Positions 50,743-62,786 of a stretch of DNA of 64,000 nt are shown here, piece by piece (the stretch's first letter is position 1; every line of letters begins with the position of its first letter). The position numbers and the translations under genes are program-made. The DNA comes from Vermamoeba vermiformis (Eukaryota). The stretch lies in assembly GCA_045837725.1 (NCBI GenBank), contig JBEWZL010000282.1, forward strand, positions 62,001 through 126,000, read 5' to 3'. The notes under the pieces are model-generated. The model did no database searches and was not told the origin of the DNA. It worked only from the letters and a program-made list of their open reading frames with translations.

Positions 50743-51373
50743 TTTCCTATAATTAAAAATAAATATTAATAATATCCACAACGTTAATTGATTTAATTAG
50801 TGGCGAAGTCACGCTAGATCCTTCACAAAAACAAACAGAGCGGTATCCAAGCACGACGCATTTCGCAACGGAACAAAATTACTAAAGCGTACCTGTTGTG
50901 GTGGACAAAAGAATGGAATTAAAATGAATAGAACCATCAGGAACACTGGAATCTTTGATTGACTGAAATTTCGCCGAAGCGTTCTTTGTGGTGCAGCTCA
51001 GTTCGGTATCAATAGCAAGGCCGGGAACATGAATATTCGCCACTTGTATCCAGAAAAAACTACCAATTCATTTGGAGATTTGAACGGAGAAACCTGTAAA
51101 CTGCATCCGCTGTTCTTGTAAATGTACTGTACTCAAGGGTCGTGGATCATTATCCAGCAGACCATCCTTTTCTACAACAGGCAAAGGTTACGTGTGGCAA
51201 GAAGGGTCGAATCGGAAATCGGAGTTGTACTAAAGGCACTTCACAGATCTCGTTGGAATATTTACATCAAGGCTTCTTTCGGCCTTGTTCTTCCGTCTTT
51301 TATTTTACAAAATTGGGGACTACACTAGTCCTTAATAATAAATATTTACATTCGTTGTTTTTCGGATTTGTTC

Positions 51374-52798
51374 TTAGCTTATAGTACACCCTTTTGTATT
51401 GCCAGCGGCTAAGCCGAGAGCTTCAATAGCCCTTGTTAGTCGCGTTTTCGTCTTAGTCAGTTCTAGCAACTAAAGGAAAATCGTTAGAAAAAGATCCGCC
51501 GCTGTTTTGAAGGAACAAATCCCGAAAAAGAAAAATTTTTAGATTGCTTTTGATCTATGAGATATAATTACGATACTCGCGTCCGTTAGATTGTCTACGA
51601 AAGTTTGACGGAGCGAGTATTGCGATCACGATTCGATTCAGCAAGATCAACCTACGTCGCGCGACTTTTGGCCAAATACAGTTATATCGCTGCAAAGACC
51701 CCTTATCACGCTCCATAGGCCAATCTTACCGCATATAAACGAATTTGTATAATGTAGATAGATTTAGTGTACTTACGTCTTGTTTTTGTTTGTGAGGCAC
51801 GCTGAGGATAGACGAAATCCAAAACGAGAATGCTTTAGGACGAGCAGGCATAGTACCAAATCGCTGAGTAAGGTCAGCCATCGTCACAACTTCAGTATTG
51901 CCGGTCTCTGGCGCACTAGCATTGGCTAAATATTTGTTCAATGTTCTCTTAGCTTTGGCGACTTGCACGACGTTATCTGAACTCTCTTCTTCATCTTCAT
52001 CGTCAATATATTTAACTTTAGCCGTAGTGTATCCGTCTTGTTGGCCAAAGGATAAGACTTTGAACCGCCGATCTCCGCGAGTCACGAGGATTTGTCGCCC
52101 ATCTGGAAGAACGTTGCTTGATTCAATGACTGTCGTTGTTCCTATCTTGCTTGGCTCGCCGTTGACATTCAATAGAACACCAAAGGTCCTTGTTCCTTCA
52201 AGACAGCGGCGGACCATAAGACGATAACGTGGCTCGAAGACGTGGAGGTGTAATGGCATTCCAGGGAACAGAACATAGTCTAACATGAATATAGGCAGCT
52301 GGAAAGTGTGGTCGCGCATTGATTGAGCCTCTGATAATCGTTGCTTATACTCATCGGCAAAACACTTTTGAATTATTGTCGAGACTAATACATTGATTGC
52401 GTGGTCTGGTAGCATATGTACTGTAGATCTGCACATTGGGCTGTATTAAATACGAATTAATTTTGCACATTGACTAGGGTTTGAAAAGGGAATCCTACCA
52501 AGACGTGCTATGATCTAAAGCTCTAAACAAGTAAAAATTAATAATTAGGTTTAATAAATACGTGATGCATTATTACTAACCTTAATATACATTCGCGGCA
52601 ATATGTGTGGCCTACAAGGAAAAAAAAACGAATTATTAGCCAAATTGCAAAACACCGATGAGATCGGAGTATATTCGAAGGCATACCACAAGGCGTTGTT
52701 ACTGGCTCAAATAATAAACATTGGCACAAAGGACACATAAATTCTTCTTTGGATATGGTGGCTGACTCAGCAGCCGAAGACTTTGTTTCCACAGACAT
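51374..52798 (-). CDS. RING finger plus LON N-terminal substrate-binding domain protein (LONRF-like)
   Basis: CPLC..LFEPVTTPCGHTYCREC...CPMCR, then LPIF..VLFPGMPLHLHVFEPRYRLMVRRCL and LPDGR. Ends GCTIS*. Confidence 0.9.
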
Positions 52799-53642
52799 TA
52801 GATGTAGTTGCTCTTGTGTGCTTTTACCAAATTCATACGATAGTATGTGGTTGTTAACTCCGAGTAATAAATAATTTGAATCTTCCCTTTCGCTCGCTCT
52901 GGTTGTCGTTGTCTCGCGCCTGTGCATTTGCCTAAAAAGGTCAATAAGAGATTAAAATGGTGAGATTTCGTTTTCGGCAGTTTTTCTCCGAGGAAATCCT
53001 TCGCAAAACGTTTTGTGCGATGAAAAACAATCTCTCTTTCATGAAGGATATCGCGCGATGTTCACTTCCTGTTCGATAGGTCAAATTAAGGCGCCTTCAT
53101 ACAAGCTATCGAAGAGGCACGATACATCCGGATGCAGCAAGAAAAATTGTTTTTTGAGTACAAGAGTACTGAATGAATGATGTGCTCATCCGCGTACACC
53201 CACCTATCACGCATTGCATGTATTATGAACAAAAGCCATTCTCTATCAACTCGATAAAGAAAATCAACGAAAAACTTTCCTTCCCGTGTACGCACTCAGC
53301 GGCATTGCCAACCCTAGCAATCCATAAGTACAATTTGTACGTATGATATCTCTAATTAAAGAGCGATTATGGTTTGGTCTGCCTTGCTATCGATACCCTT
53401 TTCAAAAATAGTTTAGCAACGCTTACTTGAAGTAAGATCAAAACACTGAGAATTCAAATTCCATCCAAATGATCCATCTTTTGATAATCACAAAAATTAG
53501 CACCATTCGGTCGATTAGAGATTAACCGCTATTGCCTCGTTTCTTGTGCTAGTCTCGCGACCAGGAAACAACTTTTTTGGGTTTGTATTTTTCGTTCGCG
53601 GTACTTACAAACTCCATCAACTATTTATATATAAACAGCGCA

Positions 53643-54972
53643 ATGTTAATTATCTTTGACGAACGACAGAAGAAGGACTTGGGCTTTTTGCGCGATCAAC
53701 CTATTGAAAGTATCCTTTGAAGCTGATTTTTATTAGCCTTCACCAAAATTATTTAATATACGCGTAATATTGTAATTTAAAAGGATATAATAACGTAATA
53801 ACTCGAAGGTTTATTGCTGGATCTATTTTCTTTAATTGATCTTCTCTAGTTACGCAAGAATTTTGCAAAATCACGTTAGAATTTATTAGAAAAGGTGTAT
53901 CAAATACAAAGATCTATGTCGGAGCTGCAAGTAAGTTAATACAGATTTTTAGTAAAATTCTATCGAAATTGCAAAATAATCAGGCAATTATTTTAACGCT
54001 AAAATTGCATATCATAAATTGTTATGCCGTGCAAATATTTATAATATTTTATTTCGAATTTATCTGTTCAAAAACGTGCAATTATTAATTTGAGGACGAT
54101 CTGCGTCTCAATTATCTTTGATTAGTTAGATTACAATCTACAAAGCTTAAATAGCGATATTGTATTGACCGCGCGTCTTTTTGATAGAGAAACTTGGAGT
54201 TACACCGGATGTCATTGAAGGCGTGATTTTAGCATTGAGTCACATGCTTACAGAAGGCGCGAAGCTTTTAGTCAATGAAGTTGATTTTATGGACTCACTG
54301 CTCGTATTGAACTTGCCTGAGCCTATTTGCAAAGCTCTATGCGAGGTAATAAGCGAGATCCAAAACGAACGGGTGCTCGATCCAGATCCGTTTCAGCTGA
54401 AGCTTTCTTCTAATTCTATAGTTATACTTACTCTTATATATGCATATTAGATTCATTTGGCCAATAGATCAGAAGTCAGAACGCTTTTGGCTAATTTTAC
54501 TTTGGGCTTGCCGTACTTTAAAGATATGGACTGGAGACTCGATATTGAAGTAAGTCAAAGCCTATATAATAATTAATATCCTATATGGCACATATTTACT
54601 CGCGTATTAACCTCACAAATGCTTAACCTGAATTTTTCTGGATGTAGTTGGCGAGTCGATCGTTACACAAGCAAGCTAAGCCTGTATTTATTATGCAACT
54701 GAATACTATCAAAAACGGAGGTAAGTATGCGCGAAATTACGCAGTCAACTCAATTATACAAGCTAATGTTAAATATTTAATGTACTTTCTTTTCGGATGT
54801 ACCTTCGCGATTCATCGAGCGGACTCTAATAATTTTATTTTTTATTATAGATGTTAAGAGCCAATATTTGCAAACAGATTATACGAATTTGAAGCATATC
54901 AGAGAAGAATTAGAATCGGCGTTGGAAGAGCTCAACGAACCTTACGTTAAGAGAGTCGAAAGAAACGTCTAA
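53643..54972 (+). CDS. COMMD2: COMM domain-containing protein 2
   Basis: Spliced protein MLIIFDERQKKDLGFL...KIYVGAAKKL...DMDWRLDIELASRSLHKQAKP...LQTDYTNLKHIREELESALEE closely parallels recalled COMMD2 over its full length. Confidence 0.9.
53710..53849 (+). other. U12-type (minor spliceosome) GT-AG intron
   Basis: 5' site GTATCCTTT and branch-like TTTTCTTTAAT about 13 nt before the AG. Its removal restores the COMMD2 frame. Confidence 0.75.
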
Positions 54973-55422
54973 GGGCACGTCGCGACGAATAATATTGTAA
55001 GAGATAATTATAGCTTATTTAGCGAGACTATTCGAGAATAGTCGTCTTGCTGTGTATAAAGTTTCAGATTGAATCCGGATTTGCCTCAGTTGACAAAAAT
55101 CGCATTGCTGACGATTCTGTGCTAAATACGAGAAAGATTTATATCGACGGTATCGTACTGGTCGGTCTGAAAGTCTGAATCGTCATTCTTGGGAACTTTT
55201 ATGCGCAATAACAAAAGCTGAGAATTTTCAAAGAAGGATCCGCAGAAAAGAAAAAAACTTGCGTCTGTTCTTTTCAATCTCTTCTACAAGAACAGAAACA
55301 CAACACAAACAAATACATGAACTATAACAACTACTTTAACAACTACTTCAATTATTTCAACTCCAACAAGAGTTCTCCATCTCGACACAACCCCGAAGAA
55401 GAAGAATAAAACAACAAAAATC

Positions 55423-55716
55423 ATGAGCGACAACGATTGTAGAAGTAAACCGCGGTCAATGTCTTGGATGTTTTTCCCAAGCAAGCCGTTCTTTCGATCT
55501 AACTCCAGATCGATGAAGATGTTCAATTTCGGAATGTTCTGCAGTAGCCAATTCATAATGATGTCTATGGTTTTCAAAGAAAATCAAAAACAAAACGAAG
55601 CTATGAGCAAGAAGTCCAATCTCAGCGAGAAAGTCTCGAAGATCAAGAACAAGATTCGTCAAGTCTTTATGGATCCCTATGATAATCGACCCTCTGGTGC
55701 CTTCGGTTTTCGATAA
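55423..55716 (+). CDS. Small hypothetical protein
   Basis: 97-aa ORF in a GC-richer block, open upstream to about 55321. No family recognised. Confidence 0.35.
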   Translation: MSDNDCRSKPRSMSWMFFPSKPFFRSNSRSMKMFNFGMFCSSQFIMMSMVFKENQKQNEAMSKKSNLSEKVSKIKNKIRQVFMDPYDNRPSGAFGFR

Positions 55717-56178
55717 ATTTCGAACCGTATCAACAGCGACCACTCGAGTGCCTGTTATCTGTAAATAGCATTTTTATCCGTAATTTCTTTTTTTAATCAA
55801 ATTCAGCTTGATAAGCGCGCTTTTTCGTTATGTACATAACCAAAATAAAGTAATCAGCTCGTGGTAGCGCCCTGCGCGAGCTTTTTATGGAAAGTTCTTT
55901 GTCATTACCCTTTATGTCCACTACTTTCACAACGAATTCTATACTATTCCTGTATTGTACGAGAGTTACAGATCGTAGCGCGAATTGGGTCGCGCAAAGT
56001 TCAAAAAAAATCTATTTTTATCTAGATAACGTAAATTTAAAAAAACTATTGATTAATTCAAATAAGTGTTCCGCTTGGAAATCTACGAGATGAATCGCTC
56101 CGTAAATATTATTTTTTTGTTCGCAAAGCAACAATACCAAATCTCGTGGGTTCGTTAGCGCATCCGGTTAAAGTTACT

Positions 56179-57940
56179 ATGGTTCGGCTAGGCAAGTATG
56201 ATTTAAAACGTTTAGACATACAGCTTTAAGACTAATATGATTTAAAAGGAGGTGTTATTCTACTACTAGTGGCCATTGTAAGCTTGGTTAAAGCTACTTT
56301 GATTGTGCATCTGAAAAATGACACTTCTGAAATTGATGTGTCGTTTAAAGCTGTCTACGCGCAATCATCTCCTTACCCCTTCAATGTCCATGGAAGGTTT
56401 TATATTATGCAAACAACAGATGTAGAAGAATTACCAGAGGATCTTTCCGGAGTTATCGTTCTTGGTAACGCCAATTCAACCGCAGACGAGCTTGCATTCA
56501 TCCATCGAACATACGAAAACAAGGGATTGGTAATAGAAATAATATTAAATTTTAATTTATTATTGCCTAGTAATCCTTTTCGCCTAGGGCTACGTTGCGC
56601 AGTATCCAGATTTCGTTATGTTTTTCAAAAACATGATTCCCTTGCCCTTCGTCTGTATTTTATCTAACGTAAGTTGATTATTAAAATACTTCGGTTGCCT
56701 GATTTAATTCTAAATATAGGACTCAGCGATAATTTATGATCTGTGGGAAAAATCGAATCGGACTTTGTCTGTCACTATAATATCAGGTACTGTGTTTATT
56801 ACCCTCGTCTAGTAGATATTAATGACTTTTGTATCTCAGATGACAACTATCAAATTTCATTGGGGAGAAGTGCCGGATCTGTTTTCTTGCTAGTTATCAC
56901 CATAGCGGTACTCTTAGCAACACTTGCGTATGTGTGCTATCAACTTCATTCATTTAAAGACGGTGCCTCTGTCACAAAAATAGCTTTAGTTGGTGTTTTG
57001 ATATCGAACTTAGGTAAGAAAAGTTGTTCAAAGTAGTAGATCCGATGACACGATTTTTGACACTTTGACACTTTGACAGGTTTAATCGCAGAAAGAATTG
57101 CTACGTTCTTTCTAATATATACGAACTACGTTCCAATGGCAATCCTTCCTCCAATCGCCGTCATCGGACCACCATTCGTTGCTTTCTCGGCTATCTTCAT
57201 TAGTCTGTACTGGTCTACTCTCGCATTCCCTAACTCAGTCAAAATGAAGAGCAAACAAGTCTTTCTTCCCGTGCTAGCGATATGGGTCGTAAGTCAGCAT
57301 ATAGCTCATGCTAGTCTTAGTGACGTGAGCATGAATTGACATTTTTGATAGGCGGGGCTGATCACCTTTGCAGTAGCACTGGCAACCGGACTTAACGAAG
57401 TAATCTCTGCTCTGCAAATAGCCTTCGCAATCATCATTTGTGTAAGTAATTAAGGCTGAATGATGAAATGGAGATGAATAATAATCCTATGAAAGGTGTC
57501 GGCAACGTACTTCTTAGTTGTTGGAGGCATACTGATTAGAATACTAAAAAAAGGCAATAAGATTATTGCAACGAAACGAAAAGTCAACAAAAGAGTAAGT
57601 ATTTCCGAATGGATCCAATCGCCAACTAATTGAAATTTCGCAGTTGACGTATATGTTAATATTAGCGGGTATCAGCATGTACGGCATTGTTATTGTAGGA
57701 ATCTTCATCAGCTTGTACCGTCCGTCTTCCAGCCCTCCTTTCTTCGCTCGGTTAATTCCGGCAGAAAACACGTACTTTGCCACACGAGCGCTATTAAGTC
57801 TCTTTTGCACTTGCTCTGTCGCGACACTTGCAGCGCTGTTTAAGAAGCCTAAAGCCAACAAAACAAACGTAGAGTTGAAGGTTGGGACTTCAGACGAGGA
57901 CAAAAGGACACCTCATTCACGATTCAACGAAGCGCGATAG
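56179..57940 (+). CDS. Signal peptide, extracellular domain and multipass (about 7 TM, GPCR-like) membrane protein, copy 1
   Basis: Hydrophobic exons with ISLYWSTLAFP, MKSKQV and RKSTKELTYMLILAGIS. Paralogous to 59689-60535 and 60779-62670. Confidence 0.75.
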
Positions 57941-58018
57941 TGACACTTGCCTTATTTGGTAAAAACGCATGACATTAGGTATGACATTGTAATGGTGGGT
58001 TAAATGTCTTTGTATGTT

Positions 58019-59544
58019 TTAATGATCGTCTTTGAATGAAGGTTTAGGCTCGTTCTTCGCGGTGGCTTTAGACCACACTAATGGCTCGTACCAGTCACGT
58101 GGCAATCCTGCTTCAGATCTGGCTTCGTGATTGATCGGCGGAGGCTATGAAAATCGTTAGATATTACGATTACGCGTGTATATATAAATTAGTGATCTTA
58201 CCATTAATCCATGGTGCTGTCTAACGTATTGTTGGAATTGTTTGGCTGGATCCGCAACTTGATCTTTCTCGCATAAATATTTGAACCTTTAAATGTCGTT
58301 ATAATCCCAATATATTAACATTATTAGTATTATAGTATCTTACCAAGTCATTCCGACGCGCACATGCTGAATTTCCTCGCGGCAGATCTGATCGATAATT
58401 TTCGAACTGATCTTATCGCCTTGAGATACGAATTTGTTGACTAATCTTCCCCATGAATCAAGACCACGTGCTTCTTGTACTAATTGAATGATTGCTACAC
58501 GTGCTTTAATGTCGTATTTTGTTCTTTCAGCGCTCTAAATCCAAAAAAAATTAATTTGCGATTACTTCGTTTCAATTTATTATAAAAATATCGCCTAATA
58601 TATAATTAGTATTTTTAAGGTTTTTACTTACGCCCCAAAGGCCGTCATGGGCTGGAATAGATCCGTAAGATCCACCAAGTTGTTCCAATCGATTACATAA
58701 CATTAGAAAATGTCTAGACTCGTCTCCAGCGACCAATATCTAAATATTATTAGCGAAATTTCGCTGAAAAAAATTTACGTACAAAGTCTCGATAAAATTG
58801 TTCGGGCAGATCTGTACGCGGGAATCGCAACATTGTATCCCATGCCATATCAATAGCATTAAGTTCAATATCTATTAGATGCCAGCCTTAGTATGATGTT
58901 ATGGCTTAATAGTCATAGAGTTCTTACGTGCAAGATTATGAAGAAGGAAAAATGACAGATCCACACCGAGTGTTTTATGATTTGGCATTTCCTTAGTAAT
59001 TACTGTATAATATGATAGTAATTAGCATTAATGATTTTATCATGCTTGTGTTTATATACCTAATTTTGGCTTCTCTGGACGGGTCGGAACATCCGGTGCA
59101 GGTAAGTTGAGTTCAGATCCAATCCGCAGCGGCTGCAAGAAAGGGTAAGCACAAGCATCAATATTAATATTATAATTACCTTGTTTTTTGTCTCTTCATA
59201 TTCGTGAACGATTTTGAAGGCCTCACAAGACAGCTGGGCTTTTAACTTCGCATCTGAAGTTGACAAGATCTCAGCAGCTTGTTCAAAAATTGACAAACTA
59301 TATTAAGAAAAAATATATATTAATATTTTATGGAATATATAGACTATAATGGCCGAGAAAAAGACCGCAAGTATTTTAGAAAAATAATTAATTTATTGGA
59401 TCCGCTGTCAGTGAATGGTAAGGGTACATAACGATCAAATTATAAGTACCTTTTGAAATCTGATTTTTTTCTTCGTAACTCCTTGAATAGGAATGTCCTA
59501 CTGTTTATGATGGATCTCGATCTGCGAACGAAGGTAGCCAACAT
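58019..59544 (-). CDS. DUF455 ferritin-like domain protein
   Basis: LHNLAHIELNAIDMAWD, DESRHF, YGSIPAHDGLW, QEARGLD and EEIQHVRVG. Confidence 0.9.
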
Positions 59545-59688
59545 GATGTTCAACACCGTTACTTATATGTCCAATATTTAAGTAGTGTAAAGTGCCAATA
59601 TCTGCTATTGGTGGTGTTTATCAAAAAGGTTTGCCAAATATAAATTGGCGATCGCACAGGATCTCGCGTGAACCACTGAGTTTGGACA

Positions 59689-60535
59689 GGTCTGCTCACT
59701 GAACGAATCATCATGTTACTGTCCCTATACACCAATTATATCGTCAGTACCATCGCGCCTCCAATCTCAATCATCGGACCGATGTTCATTGCCTTCTCAG
59801 CCGTGTTTATCAGTCTCTACTGGTCTACTCTCGCGTTCCCGACAACACTTAAAATGAAGAGCAAGCAAGTCTTTCTTCCCGTTTTAGCCGTTTGTGTAGT
59901 ACGTGCATTGCTTAGTCGAAGCAGTAGTATCGAATAATAATTGTTTGTTAGGTCGCGTTGCTGGCCTATGCGGTGACACTTTCCATGGGCGTTGGAATCG
60001 TTACTTTTGGACTTCAAGTGACTTTCGTTATTATAATCTTCGTAAGTCCTAAGTGATGCAATCAAATAGCATTATTTCCATTCTCTAATTGTTTTATCAT
60101 AGATCGTTGCAACGTACTTCATTGTGGTCGGTGGCATTCTCATTCGAACACTCAACAAAGGCAATAAAGTCGTTGCAACGAAGCGAAAGATTACTAAACG
60201 AGTAAGGCTAGCCCCGTCAATTAATCTCGTATAAAGATATAAGTGGCTTTATTAACGCTAATATTTTGTAGTTGACGTACATGCTGATCTTAGCTGGCAT
60301 TAGTATGTACGGCGTTGTTATCGACGGTCTGTTCATCAGCGCGTATTCACACTCACCTGAAAGCACATTCTACGCAACACGTGCCGTCCTTAGTGTCTTT
60401 TGTGCGTGCTCTATAGCGACATTAGCAGCGTTATTTCAGAAACCTAAGGCTCAAAAGCTGACCTCTGGACTGAACGGTGGATCTTCTGGCGATGACAAGA
60501 CTTCGAATTATTCGCGGTTCAACGAACCACGATAA
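59689..60535 (+). CDS. Multipass membrane protein, copy 2 (C-terminal exons only; N-terminal half not found)
   Basis: Exons homologous to the last four exons of copies 1 and 3, beginning at acceptor ggacag|GT CTG CTC. Confidence 0.6.
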
Positions 60536-60778
60536 AGCAATGTATTTATAAATTTAACTTAAATCATTTGGCTAGCTTATTTTTACGTATAATTCAAAAA
60601 AGAAATTGTGGTTCCTGTCAAGGCACGTCAACTGCTCGTCTTTGATCACCGACCTGTTGCAATCCAACACATCCGTTGACACGTGTCAGCGGTTTTCTTC
60701 TCCGTTAACTTTTTTTTTGAATTTTATTCTCTAATTGAATTGAAAGCTGCGTATACACCTGGTAGACGTTGAAGTGAT

Positions 60779-62670
60779 ATGCATGGCGGTCAAAGGTAAT
60801 TAAAAATTGCTAAGTGTCAGATCCAATTTAATGTGCCTTCAATTCGATTAATTTTACAAATAAAAGTAAACAAAAAACTAATATTAAATATTTTAATCCC
60901 AAATCAAGCTTGCTATCAACTTGATAAGAATTTACTTTTTAAATTCACTTGCATTAAAAATATTCTGCCCGACAATACTTACTCGATTCCATTTAGACTT
61001 TTGGTCATATATTGCTTTGTATTATTAGCAATTTTTGGCGTTACGCAAGCTACATTAATTGTGCATCTGAAAAACGACGCTTCACAAAATGACGTGCATT
61101 TCCAAGCAAGCTACGCTCCAACATCTCCTACCCCATTCAATCTCATTGGAAAGCTATATATTATGACGACAACGGATATTGAAGAGTTGCAAGCGTTGGA
61201 TCTGGATGGAGCGATCGTTCTTGGATCTCGTGTCAATACAACTCAACTAGACTTCGACTTCTCGGAACTAGTCTACGAAAAGAAAGGATTGGTAATTATA
61301 GCATGACATTAACGAAATATTAACCTAAGTACCAGGGTTACATCACGCAAGTCCCGAGCAAACTGTTGGGAATGGCGTTTCCTTCTATTTATCGCCTTCC
61401 TGTCGTTAGCGTCATATACGAGGTAATATATTAAGCTTACTGCAACAAAGAGTTAAATGGTCATTCGGTCAGGATGCGCTTGCCGTTGAGGATCTGTGGG
61501 AAAAGTCCAATCGAACGTTAACGGTCACTATAATATCAGGTACTACCACTCATATAATAGCCATATTAAATCTCATGATATCTTCTGTTAGATGATAACG
61601 AACAAATGGCGGTCGGAAGAAGCGGAGGCTCGGTGTTCCTCATAGTTATTAACTTGGTGATACTCTTAGCAACACTAGTATATGTATGCTTTCAACTTCA
61701 TTCGTTCAAAGAAGGCGCCTCTGTAACAAAAATAGCGCTATTGGGCGTTTTACTAGCAAATCTAGGTAAGAATTACTGCTCAAAGTGGTGGATCCAGAAG
61801 TTGGTCATTTTCGCACGTGTTGACTGACACTTTTGACAGGCCTTATCGCGGAGCGGGTACTAATGCTCCTATTCATATTTACACCATACATAACGACCCT
61901 CGTCCCCATCCCAATTTCACTAATTGGACCAATGTTCATCGCTTTCTCGTCGATCTTCATCAGTCTGTACTGGTCCACTCTCGCGTTTCCGTCGCAAGTC
62001 AAAATGAAGAGTAAACAAGTCTCGCTTCCTATTCTAGCTTTCGCACTGGTAGGCGTTACTACGAGCCTTGACTTTAATCGCATTTAACGCTTGCTTATAA
62101 GGTTGCTTTTGCTGCCTTCACGGTCACAGTAGCACTTGACCTCGCTGCAGCGGCGATTATAATTCAGATTTGCTTCGTCGTTATAATGTTGGTAAGTCGC
62201 ACGTAGTTAAAGGTACCATCCGTACTAACGCTTTCCTCGTAAGATCATCGCTACGTATTATGTTATTATGGGAGCCATCCTCATTCGAACACTCAACAAG
62301 GGCAATAAAATTGTTGCAACGAAACGCAAAATAACCAAACGAGTAAGGCTTGACACGTGTCAATTAATTGCAATTCGATATCGATGACTAATCACGCAAA
62401 AAATAGTTGACTTACATGCTGATCTTGACTGGCATCAGTTTGTATGCTATTGTGGCGGTTGCAATTTTGATGAGTCTGTACTTTGGTCCGCCAATCAGTG
62501 TCTTCTATACAACGCGAGTAATGCTTAGTCTCTTCTGCGCGTGTTCAGTGGCAACTCTTGCGGCGCTGTTTAAGAAACCTAAAGCTCAAAAACGAAGTTC
62601 AGAAGTTAGAACGTCCGCCTCGTCGTCGGGTTATAACGACCCTAATTCCTTGCACTTAACTGAAACGTAA
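60779..62670 (+). CDS. Signal peptide, extracellular domain and multipass membrane protein, copy 3
   Basis: ATLIVHLKND, GRSGGSVFL, KEGASVTKIAL and ISLYWSTLAFP shared with copy 1. Confidence 0.8.
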
Positions 62671-62786
62671 TGATAAGATATGATGTGATATGATAATATA
62701 AATAAAACGGTTGTATTTTGTATTGCGCACAAGATCTGCGTTTTCAAGTGAAAATTTATGAAGTAGATTAAATACAGAGTACCTTT

